Origin: Octopus bimaculoides
Taxonomy: Eukaryota
DNA length: 36,183 nt
Reading direction: 5' to 3'
Assembly: GCF_001194135.2 (NCBI RefSeq)
Contig: NC_068982.1
Span: 190,448,817-190,484,999 of the forward strand
Shown in pieces: positions 1 to 11,163 of the stretch; the stretch's first letter is position 1; every line of letters begins with the position of its first letter. The translations under genes and the position numbers were made by a program. Below the pieces are notes generated by a model. It was given only the letters and a program-made list of their open reading frames with translations. It was not told where the DNA came from and ran no database searches.

Positions 1-35
<35 letters not shown>

Positions 36-560
36 ATATATATATATATATGAATGAGTAGACAAACAAAAGAAAGGGTACTCAGCACAGGTATTAGGAG
101 TTGAGTAATATATATATGTGTGTGTGTACGTGTGTGTGTGTGTCTGCGTGTGTGTGGATGAAAGTACGTATGTATGTATAAAACAAAACATCAGGGACTG
201 TTCGTAATTAGTCACGCACTGTTGTTTACGTTTCATTAACACAAAGTGATTATTACTTATATAATACAGATGACATATTCAAGACTCATTTTCAAATAGT
301 CAGAGACGTGTAACTTTTAAACAGCTTTATTCGATTGCACTAGACGAATATATGTACATACAAATATATGTATAGGTGTATGTCTGTGTCTGTGTGTGAG
401 TGTGTACATACATACATTTATGCATACGCACATACATACATACATACATACATACATACATACATACATACATACACACATAGTACATACATACATACAT
501 ACTTTCATATATATATATATTATATATGTGTGTGTGTATGTGTGTGTGTGTGTTTAGGCG
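1..560. repeat. (AT)n, (GT)n and (ACAT)n microsatellites
   Basis: Directly visible; similar tracts at 1590-1746, 2035-2100, 2270-2350, 19050-19155 and 35100-35465. Confidence 0.9.
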
Positions 561-750
561 TATTGGCTGGGTGGTAAGAAGTTTCCCTCCAAAGCACATA
601 GTTCCGGGTTCAGACTCACTGCGGTCCACTTCGAGCCGACCAAAGCCTTGTGAAACTGAAGGAAGTCCGTCGTAGCCTGTTAGTAAATTTTTATAAGGTG
701 GTGCCCCAGCATGGCCACAGTCTCATAACTGAAACAGATAAAAGATAAGA
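557..750 (+). mobile_element. tRNA-derived SINE family A, internally deleted (head joined almost directly to 3' tail)
   Basis: Head TGGCTGGGTGGTAAGAAG...GGGTTCAGACTC (A/B-box-like) and tail GGTGGTGCCCCAGCATGGCCACAG...AAAAGATAAGA match the copies at 21608-22550 and 13301-13834. Confidence 0.75.
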
Positions 751-1036
751 TATATATATATGTATGTATGTATGTATGTATCAGGGGCTCTTAATGCCCC
801 CCTTCTCTCACATCTTTTCCTCATCATTTTCTCCACCATTTATCTTTTTTTAAAGAAAAGTAAAGTCGCTCGTTTATATAGTTCCTAAATGTTTTAAATG
901 ACCATGTAGCTTTCTCTCATGTGACGTTGCGTTGATAAGTTCCTATTTTAGAACGAAATGAATTTAAATTTATCTACATCTACCTGCAAACAAAAAATGA
1001 AAAAGAAATAAGAATGAATATATATATATATATACA

Positions 1037-1176
1037 CTACGGGCTTCTTTCAGTTTCAATCTCCCAAATCCACTCACAAGGCTTTGGTCGGCCAGAGGCT
1101 ATAGTTGGAGACACTTGCGCAACGTGCCACGCAATGAGACTGAACCTGGAACTATGTAGTTGGGAAGCAATCTTCT
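1037..1176 (-). mobile_element. SINE family A head
   Basis: Reverse complement matches the head consensus (...CCCAACTACATAGTTCCAGGTTCAGTC...GCCGACCAAAGCCTTGTGAGTGGATTTGG...GAAAGAAGCCCG), followed on the minus strand by (TA)n. Confidence 0.8.
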
Positions 1177-1177
1177 G

Positions 1178-1208
<31 letters not shown>

Positions 1209-1693
1209 TGTATGCTTGTGATACAGTTTTAAGATTTGTGTTCTTATGCGTGTGTGATGCCGCCTCGTTCCGGATGTGTCCTTTTGTATATTTGTGTCGA
1301 TCAATACTTTTAGTTGCAAGGCCCTTTCTTTCTTTATTGAGAAAATTTTGTGTGCATCAGATTAGTAATAATGTGAACTTGTCCAAACATTAATAATTAA
1401 ACCTTTTCCTTTACAAAATATATCTCAACACTATCGGATGCATTGATACATTCGGGCGAAGCAGCTGCAAATTCTTTGGCAAGAATCTTATGTTGATGCC
1501 GGAAACGTCATTGCGAAATATTTGCAAATACGAAAACTCACCTCTATCATATTCCAGTCTCACCCCCACCCCCACGCAGCCAGCCCCGCACAAACATACA
1601 CACACATGCACACACACACACACTCGATCGTTTCTTGTCATTTGTAAACAGCGTGGTTATGTGTATGTGCATACATGTAAAAATTACACATGT

Positions 1694-1746
<53 letters not shown>

Positions 1747-2653
1747 NNNNNNNNNNNNNNNNNNNNNNNNNNNNNNNNNNNNNNNNNNNNNNNNNNNNNN
1801 NNNNNNNNNNNNNNNNNNNNNNNNNNNNNNNNNNNNNNNNNNNNNNNNNNNNNNNNNNNNNNNNNNNNNNNNNNNNNNNNNNNNNNNNNNNNNNNNNNNN
1901 NNNNNNNNNNNNNNNNNNNNNNNNNNNNNNNNNNNNNNNNNNNNNNNNNNNNNNNNNNNNNNNNNNNNNNNNNNNNNNNNNNNTATACAAATACGTGCAC
2001 TTAAAGCCAGATCTATTCGTATCATATACTTAATTGTATGTGTGTGTGTGTGTATGTGTGTGTGTGTGTGTATGTGTGTGTGTGTGTGTGTATGTGTGTG
2101 TAATTTTAAAAGTTACTGAAAGGCGTCTTTGCATGAGCTGCTAATTAAGTTTCGTCTTTCCGCCTTATTAAGCAAATGCAAACGATTCATTCAATATTTA
2201 CACACACATACAAATGTTCATGTATATACACATTACATCTATAAATATATACATTATACTTCATACATATATCTACTTACATACATACATACATACATAC
2301 ATACAAGCATGCAGACATACGTACATACGTACATGCATACATGTATGCATGCATGTATATATCTATGAGTGTTCACATACGTATGTGTGTATGGAGTGAG
2401 AGAAAGAGAGAGATTATATACACTCTATTAAACATGTTGAAATAAACACATCTTGAATAAAACACCATGTTTTAAATTGTAGGCAGATGCAGGCCCATGC
2501 ATTTAAGCTCACTTCAAATCCATGTGGTTCGGGTTTCGATTCCTTTGTACAGCTTCTAGATATATAGTTAAAGGAAGAAAAAATGGAGATAAGGAAGTTA
2601 ATTATTTATTTACGTAATCATCCCTTCACGATGTTAACATATCCTCAAATTAA

Positions 2654-2695
<42 letters not shown>

Positions 2696-3044
2696 ATATA
2701 GGATAAATTCTTTATAAGAATTTATCAAGTAGTCAGCGTGAAAAAAACCTCGTAATGAAAAAATTCATCGTTTCTTCATAGATATATTTAATTATATATA
2801 AANNNNNNNNNNNNNNNNNNNNNNNNNNNNNNNNNNNNNNNNNNNNNNNNNNNNNNNNNNNNNNNNNNNNNNNNNNNNNNNNNNNNNNNNNNNNNNNNNN
2901 NNNNNNNNNNNNNNNNNNNNNNNNNNNNNNNNNNNNNNNNNNNNNNNNNNNNNNNNNNNNNNNNNNNNNNNNNNNNNNNNNNNNNNNNNNNNNNNNNNNN
3001 NNNNNNNNNNNNNNNNNNNNNNNNNNNNNNNNNNNNNNNNNNNN

Positions 3045-3070
<26 letters not shown>

Positions 3071-3075
<5 letters not shown>

Positions 3076-3867
3076 AATAAAATGAGACAACAAAGCCAAG
3101 ACTGTGAAATTTTCAGGACATTGATAAAGAGAAAGTTAGTCTTACAGTTGTTCCTGGGATGTTAGGGATATCCCTTCATCAGAGACGATGTTGTGAGATG
3201 GTTAAATAGAGGGGAAATAGTAAAGTTCAATATAAGGAGTTATTTTGGAAAGGGATGGATATAGGAAGTATAGAGGGAAATAAGAGAATAAAAATAAAAG
3301 TAAAAATATATGTACGATATCATAGCTGCAGTCCCAATATCCAAAGAAAGTGGTATGTATAAGTGATACAAACGCTGCTTGTCCGAGGTATGTAAATCCC
3401 GATAGGGGTTCATATTTTGTCATTACAAATGGAAAGTGTGGAGACGTAGATTACATGTGCTGTCCATTCATGTGGTGTGAATGAAAATTTGAGAATGTAG
3501 GGGTAGTATTAAGTAGTTAGAGAGAAGAGAAAAGATGTGTACATACCATGGACAAGAAGCATTTCTACCACTTCTACACACCACTTTCCTTGGATAATGG
3601 AACTGCAACTATAACATCTTTACACATTTTTATTTTTATTTCTACTTTCATTCTCCTATTTCTCTCTATATTCCTCATTTCCTTCTTTTTTCGAAATAAC
3701 TCCTTATATTGAACTCAAATACTTTCCCTCTATTTAACCATCTCACATCGTCTCTGATGAAGGGATATCCCTAATATTCCTGAAACAGCAGTAAGACTAA
3801 CTTGCTCTTTGTAAATGTCCTGAAAATTCCACACAGCCTTGGCTTTGTTGTCTTATTTTATTTAACA
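3071..3867. mobile_element. Inverted pair of Penelope-like element terminal repeats (arms 3071-3394 and 3540-3867, ~145 bp spacer)
   Basis: Arms align colinearly as reverse complements, from TGTTAAATAAAATGAGACAACAAAGCCAAG to CTTGTCCGAGGTATGTA; both contain the PLE-type CTGATGAAGG signature. Confidence 0.8.
3750..3797 (+). ncRNA. Type I hammerhead ribozyme motif (minimal PLE type)
   Basis: Stem I GTCT(3750-53)/AGAC(3794-97); core CTGATGA (3754-60); stem II AGGGATAT/ATATTCCT; GAAAC (3782-86); loop AGCA; GTA cleavage triplet (3791-93). Confidence 0.7.
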
Positions 3868-3872
3868 TATAA

Positions 3873-4349
3873 GATGCTCATACAAGACCCGCATGGAACA
3901 TTGGCATCAAAACATTTGTGAAGTGTAAGCATTGCAAACCGAATATTATTGTTTGGGACAGGCAAGAAAAAGTATGAACGGTCAAAGAGGTCAGCTGTCC
4001 TGTTGATGCGAATATCTCTTTGAAAATCGTAGAGAAAGAGGATGATTATGGACAACTGCTTCGAAACATCCAACTTCTATATCCGGATTACAAATTTTCA
4101 TTGATACCAAAAGTAATTGATGCAGCTGGTTTTGTGAGTAAACGCCTGACAGTCTGGATAAGTTAGGGTTTCCAGAAAAAGGAATCAACCAGCTGGCTCG
4201 CACATTACAAACACAACCTGTAAGTGGAACTATAAAAATATGCAAGACATTTCTCAAGTTTAAAATATAACATTGTTTTGCATCAACTACATTGTTAGAA
4301 ACGAACTCTTTCCTCGGAGAAAAATTTAAATAACTGAAAACAGAAGAGA
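3873..4349 (+). mobile_element. R4/Dong-clade LINE 3' fragment (restriction-like endonuclease domain plus short 3' UTR), degenerate
   Basis: Translates WNIGIKTFVKCKHCKPNIIVWDRQEKV*TVKEVSCPVDANISLKIVEKEDDYGQLLRNIQLLYPDYKFSLIP, then after a frameshift LQTQPVSGTIKICKTFLKFKI* (stop at 4270), matching the PD-(D/E)xK RLE pattern. Confidence 0.75.
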
Positions 4350-4350
4350 A

Positions 4351-5470
4351 CATACACACACACACACACACACATACATACATGATGGCCGTGTCCACTC
4401 ATGACCAAGGAAGACCATTGCCGACGTTTAGTGGCAAATGAGCCCTGCTCCGTTGGTGGCTAATGAGCCCTGCTCTTGACAAGCATACATGACTGAAAAC
4501 ATTGCAAACCAAGCTTTCCCCATTCACTACACCAGAAGTACGATTTCGAGTACCACGCTTAAATTCTTCATACAGAATACGTGCTTCCTCAAGGGTGTCG
4601 ACCAAGCTTTCCCCATTCACTACACCAGCATTGCGCATTCGTGCTCTCTCAAAGGTGTCGATCCCTTCCTTAACCGGCTTCCTCCATCCGTGGCGATGAC
4701 AGGCATTGTTCTCCCAGTCAGTGTCCTGCATATTACAGGCCTTTAATGAGGACTTGACACAGTCCTTAAATCGCAGTCTTTGTTTCTGTCGGGGTCTCTT
4801 TCCACTAACAAGTTCTGTTTAGGGATCCTGCTATCTGTTAGGGATCATGCTATCCTTCATTCTAATAAGGTGTCCAGTCCAACGAAACCGGTGCTTGAGC
4901 ACCATCGTCTCAATACTCAAGGACCTATGTGTTTGGAGTTTTTAAGGTCCAGCTAACATTCAGAATGTGTCTGGGACATCTCTGATGAAAGCGTTCGAGG
5001 ACCCTTACATGACGTTTGAAAAGGGTCCTTGTCTCACATGAGTAAAGGAGCGATGTCAGTACACATGCACGGTACACAGCAATTTTTGTTTGTCTTGTGA
5101 TGCCATGCTGGGACCAGACACGAGACTGAAGAGATCAGAAGGAATTTGTTGCTCTTTGCAGCCTGAAAGATATTTCAACATTCAGGGAGCAAGAACGGCT
5201 GAGTGTGTTGCCCATGTAGACATACCTGTCTACCACTTTCAGTATTGTTCCTTCAACCAGGATAGCTGGTTTCACATATGGATTTCCTGGTGCAGGCTGG
5301 AACATAACGACAATCTTGTCCAGGTTAATGCTGAGTCCAAATGCCTTGCAAGAAGCAGAAATACGATTCATAAGTATTTGCATGTCATCCACTGTATGAG
5401 TGACTAAGTCACAGTCATCTTCATAAAGGAGGTCACAAATAAAAGACTGGAAAACTTTTGAATTTCCTCA
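4351..5470 (-). mobile_element. RTE-BovB-clade LINE, 5'-truncated, degenerate
   Basis: LLYEDDCDLV (YADD motif altered, 5414-5425), ASCKAFGLSINLDKIVVMFQPAPG, C-terminal CNVFSHVCLSRAGLISHQR zinc-finger-like motif, (ATGT)n/(GT)n tail at 4351-4383. Confidence 0.9.
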
Positions 5471-5764
5471 TGCAACACTCCCTGACACGACACTTATTCA
5501 TGCAACAACTGATGACGTATCGATTCATAATATTCAAATACAGGATGGTGCAAAAACAATACAGAGAACACAAGAGAAGATATTGTAACATCAAAAGTAA
5601 TCTCCCTTTGTATTCTAAATAAATAGAAAAAATAAAACGAAGAATTGGGTCCTAAATGGGCTTCGACAGTAATTATTCAGTTATTCAATCGCCTAAGCTA
5701 CCTTCTCATTGAGCTGGGGTTTAAATTATAGCATACCTGCATACCTGAAGAAAACAAACCACTA

Positions 5765-6321
5765 GATACCCTACCGTCATACTGCCTATGTAATGTGCAA
5801 GAGAAATACATTTAGACTCTGTAATCTCCCAAGCACTGTATCTTAAGGATCCGACTTCTCCGAACTTCTTTCCTTAAGGCATTCGGCTTGCGATCGGAAA
5901 GTTGTCAGTTCGACTCCCAGCGGTGCGTTGTGTCCTTGAGCAAGACACTTTATTCAACGTTGTTCCAGTCCACTCAGCTGGCAAAAAAAAGGAGTTGTGC
6001 CTGTATTACAAAGGGCCAGCCTTGTCACACTCTGTGTCACGTGGAATCTTTCTGAGAACTACGCAAAGGGTACGCGTGTCTTTAAATTATCATTAGTTTC
6101 ACGAGCAGGCTGTTCCGTTGATAGAATCAATTGGAACCCTCGTCGTTGTAACCGACAGAGCGCCAGTCAAAAAGACACTGCAGGACAAAAAAACACTGGA
6201 TACCCTACCGTCACACTATGTTGTTGCAATGTCTACATAATGTGCAAGAACAATACATTTAGACATTGTAATTTCACTAACAATGTATCTTATGGAACAG
6301 TCCACTTCATACTTCTTTCCT
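5765..6321 (+). repeat. Diverged direct repeat pair (5765-5874 and 6199-6321)
   Basis: Both start GATACCCTACCGTCA, share TAATGTGCAAGA..AATACATTTAGAC.TTGTAAT-like blocks and end ACTTCTTTCCT. Confidence 0.7.
5876..6175 (+). mobile_element. tRNA-derived SINE family B, body type 2
   Basis: B-box-like AGTTCGACTCCC, then TGTGTCCTTGAGCAAGACACTTTAT...CCAGTCCACTCAGCTG, then the AAAGGGCCAGCCTTGTCAC...GGAACCCTCGTCGTTGTAACCGAC body shared with 15708 and 19372. Confidence 0.8.
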
Positions 6322-7584
6322 CCTGAACCACCTACGTCCACAGAGAAATACACGCAGCTTTATACATATATGCCAACACGCATACATATCCCTACTTCAG
6401 CGTTGCATCAACCATTTGGCTTCTAAAACGACAGACTTGAAGTAGCATCTACCAGAATCCACTTATCGAATGTCTACATACAATAGACAGTCGAGTAGTT
6501 TTGTGTAGGTGGTCCGTGTGAACGTGTTCCCTAGGATGATAATGGTGGTGGTGGTGGTGGTAATGATGATGATGATGCTGCATATTTATCGATTAGCGCT
6601 GATCTGGGAGATTGCATATCAACAGCAGCAACAACAACAACAACAACAGTAAACATGAGTCACAGCAATCAAGCAGCTTTTGGAAATTCCACTGGAGTTT
6701 ATCTTTGCTAATTCAATTACAAGAATTGATAATGAAAGGCCAAAACATTTCTCTAAAACGTTGATAAAATAATAAAAAAAAACATTGACCAATTCTGAGA
6801 AAAGTGGTATATTCCATAACTTCACATCTTGTCTATTTGCAAGTAGATTAAGGCCAGTATAACAGATACAGACAAATCTCTACTTTGATATGATGGGGAG
6901 AATCAGCTCTGAAACCAGGCTTTTGTTATCCTCTTTGTTATTTAGAAGAGTAGCTATGGCCTCTTGGACGCATACAATGCAATGGTGTTTAAATAACTAG
7001 AAAAGAATGGACTAGCTTCAGGTTTTATTTGTATAGATACTGACAAGATTGGATAATTTCGCTATCAAAATTATTAGCATGACGAGCGAGATAATAGTAA
7101 GCGTGAATTTCTATGACGTTTCGGAAGAAGGTCCTTCTCCAGGAGACGGTACAGACTGGAAGAGGAGAGGAAAAACAAGGAAAACTAAAAACAATATAAG
7201 AAATAAAATATAACAAGCAGAAAACCAGATATGAATAATAAAATGTGAAAGTAGAGTGCGTGCATTATGAGATATAAACTACCTAAACCAGGAGAATTTT
7301 TCTCAGTTGTTTGAAAATCTTTGTAATGGGAAAGTTTTGGATCAAACTGTTAATAAAGTAAATATAAACACTATGATTGTTTCTATAGTTCTTTACGATA
7401 CATACATACATACATACATACATACATACATACATACATACNNNNNNNNNNNNNNNNNNNNNNNNNNNNNNNNNNNNNNNNNNNNNNNNNNNNNNNNNNN
7501 NNNNNNNNNNNNNNNNNNNNNNNNNNNNNNNNNNNNNNNNNAACCGTGTGCTTGATAGTAAGCAGGCAATGAGAACGTTAGACA

Positions 7585-7653
7585 TGTTATCGTCATCATC
7601 GTCATCATCATCATCGTCATCATCATCTTCTTCTTCTTCTTCTTCTTCTTCTT

Positions 7654-7684
<31 letters not shown>

Positions 7685-7795
7685 TTCTTCTTCTTCTTCT
7701 TCTTCTTCTTCTTCTTCTTCTTCATTTTGTCATCACCATAATCGTCATTATCATCATATTGTTTCAAAATAATAATAGTAATAATAATAATAATT
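7585..7795. repeat. Compound trinucleotide microsatellite (ATC)n-(TTC)n-(ATA)n
   Basis: Directly visible; the TTC tract spans roughly 7626-7722. Confidence 0.95.
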
Positions 7796-7974
7796 GATTC
7801 TGGTTTTATTGGCCACAAGGGCTAATATCAATTAAAAACATGTAAGGACAAAGACAGGACGAAGGTTACAAGGGGTTTTGTCCGAAAAGAAAAACGTTCG
7901 TGTAACCAAAGTAAAAAAAAAGAGAGAAAGATATAATAAATGAAACTCCCAGTAGGGGGAGGCGCTTCGAAATG

Positions 7975-9044
7975 TTACACGTGGTTCAAAAGATTTGGTG
8001 AATGTCATGCACGAATAGCTTCACTGCTCAACACCTTGTTAAATACCAACCAAGCAACACCAGAGTGGTTGACATTGGGTAGGACAGTGTTGCGCCTGAA
8101 AAACATCGAAAAAGGCAATACGGTAGACAATTACAAACCGATATCCTGTTTGCCACTTATGTGGAAGTTATTGACAGGAATACTCGCAGAGTCAATGTAT
8201 GAACATCTAGAAAAAAATGGAGTCATGCCACATGAGCAGAAGGGTTGCAAGTGTAAGTGCAGAGGTACCAAGGATCAACTCCTGATAGACAAAACTGTAC
8301 TTAGAGACTGCAAGAGGAAGAAAAAGTAATTTAGCCATGTCATGGATCGACTATCGTAAGGCGTACGATATGATCCCATATTCTTGGATTATGGAGTGTA
8401 TGAACCTGTTTGGGATTGCATCAAATGTTGAGCGATTGCTTGGAAAAAGTATGGTGAAGTGGAGGACGGACCTGACAGCTCACGGAAAAAGGTTAGGGAC
8501 AGTAGAAATTAGGAGGGGCATCTTCCAAGGAAACTACCTGTCCCAACTGATCTTTGTACTGTGCTGGATATCACTAACACTGATTCTGAGGAAAGCAAAG
8601 GCTGGGTATGTATTCGAAAGCCGCCAACAAAAAGACAACCATTTGTTATTCATGGATGACCTCAAACTTTATGGTAAAGATGAACCCCAAGTCAGTTCCC
8701 TCGTTGATACGGTGTATACCTTCAGTACTGATATCAGAATGGAGTTCGGACTGAGAAAGTGTGGTGTGTTAGTCTTGAAGAGAGGCAAAATCAAATGTAT
8801 GGACGGGCTAACGATACCGTCGGAGGAGGTTATGAAGCAGGTAGAAGAGACGGGCTATAAGTACTTGGGGATTTTGGAAATGGATAAATTGATGGAGAAA
8901 GAAATGACAGAAAAATTTAACGTGGAGTACTTGCACAGACTAAGACTGATCTTTAAGTCGAAATTAAACGGACGGAATAAGATCGAAGTTATCAACACCT
9001 GGACGGTTTCACTCCTTAGATATGGAGCAGGGGTAATCGAATAG
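7975..9044 (+). mobile_element. R4/Dong-clade LINE reverse transcriptase fragment, frameshifted and truncated at both ends
   Basis: [34 protein letters not shown], frameshift near 8330, WIDYRKAYDMIPYSWI, RRGIFQGNYLSQLIF, HLLFMDDLKLY, GYKYLG, KSKLNGRNKIEVINTW. Confidence 0.9.
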
Positions 9045-9046
9045 TA

Positions 9047-9203
9047 GACGAACTGGTTGAACGTCGGCAAGAAGTCGTAGACAATGAAGGAAAATATATT
9101 ATTGACTGAAATGTTAAATAATTCGATAAAAATATAGAGATTGAAATAAATGACAAAAACTAAAACAAAAAGAAAAGGAAAGAGTTTATCTGAGAACCCA
9201 ATG
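9047..9203 (+). mobile_element. Mariner 3' end (last transposase codons, 3' UTR, probable TIR)
   Basis: 9047-9109 reads DELVERRQEVVDNEGKYIID*, resembling the mariner C-terminus (LxERWxxVVxxxGxYI); ends in a TIR-like TTATCTGAGAACCCAATG. Confidence 0.6.
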
Positions 9204-9982
9204 TTCCCAGAAACACCTAAATCTGGGAAAATAAACAAAACAGAAGTTTTATATTTGTCAACCACATACAGTGAGTGTAATAGATATGCCGGATCTTAGA
9301 ACAGGAGCGCCCTTCATAAACTCTACATTTGCATTATAGAACACTTCGACACGTTTTTGTAAAGAAATATCGGGAGAAATGTCACACTTAAGACATCATA
9401 ATCAGAATCAAGAGTCAGTAAGCAGAGCTTTAAATTTAAGGAAACAAAGGCACATCGTCAGTAATAGACTAAACCCGTCTAGTAACAACAGACTCGAACT
9501 GTACAAAGCTGATTGAATACGAAACAACGGCTCAATACTTACATATCTCAGAAAATGACACTGTCTCGTCAAATACTCCATTTTCTTTTGATAAGGGGAT
9601 TTTAATCTCGAAACATAAAACAAAAAGCATAATGCAACTGTTTTTCTTTGTTTTGCTTTGTCTCTCTTCTGGTTTCATTCGTGTATTTCCAATTTGCAAT
9701 ATATTGTCTTGCTAAAACAATTTCAATTCTATCTCACAATTCTTCATATAAATTATATTACTCTAAGAAAATATTGCGTTTGAACATTCCTCGCTTTCAT
9801 CTTCAGCCTCGTCGTCCGCTTTTTCTTATGAAAATATAACTAATTAGTGTCTATGAAATAACATACAACCACCTACATTATTACTGATTGTGGTGAAATG
9901 TCTATCGTTCAATTACTTCAACAGTCGATGTTTCATAAATAATTCAGAATCGACATCCAACAAAGAAATGAAAAAAAAGAAT

Positions 9983-10204
<222 letters not shown>

Positions 10205-11163
10205 GGTTTCTAGTACAGGGTGAAGCAAAAACAAAACTTTCCGGATTCACCATTCTTAATAAAACATTCAACAACAATCACAAGATGGACATTGGACTAA
10301 ACTATGAGAATAACTGCAGAAAGCGATAAAGCATTCTCTACGTGAAGGTACTGTCGATCTGTTATTGGCTGTCACAATATGTCACGGGGATATTATGATG
10401 TTTAGTGGTTGCAGCTAAGATAGCTGGTTGAGTTAATGAATGAAAATATGTTACTGGGCTGCGTGAAGAAGTAACTGATCAACATCCGCGAAGATTTTAA
10501 CAGAAGAATTTATTATTGCACATAAAGACAATCTACGTTGGCCTTTTACAGTTAACAACAATAGTAATTGCAGACTGGAAGAGAGATTCTGCTCTGAGAT
10601 TACAAAAAGTTATTGGTACAGCAGCATGTTGTTTGCTCAACAAATCTGAAAACAATTGTGCTATCTTCGTGGTGACAGAGGTTCTGGGTGATCTCTCTGA
10701 GCCGTCTGTCTTGGCCGTCTTCCTGGGTTGTCTACCTGGACCGTCTGACTGGGCCGTCTGACCGTCTGTCTGTGCAATCTGGTGTGGCAAGAATCGAAAT
10801 ACAAAACGTTCAGCTGCCTCAACATCATACGATTAATTACCGCCAAAGGCGATCTTTCCTAGGGCACAGGAAGAAGATTCTTGAAGAATAATTCACACGA
10901 AAGTTTGACGCTGATTGGATAATAGATCGATCACGTGAAACTATTGTGCTACGGTCGTGGTGCCTGACCGATTACCTAGTAGTTCGGTTTCGAATCACCG
11001 TTACAATATAATTCACTTTGACACCAGCACTTCAAATCAAACTAAACCAATATTTCAATAGAAAATAATTGGATTTTTTACTATATTCAGGAAAAGGTAT
11101 TCATAACTCTGGGATCTAATTTGCGTGATATCGCTGTAACTCGTATTTACTTTCTCTCGGACT

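Noticed and set aside
7975-9044. Intact, active or domesticated reverse transcriptase
   Set aside because: Frameshift near 8330, altered QGDSLSP motif, and missing N- and C-terminal domains.
9290-9620. Moderately complex segment with a short open frame (MSHLRHHNQ...)
   Set aside because: Under 50 aa from the ATG, no splice support and no recognisable motif.
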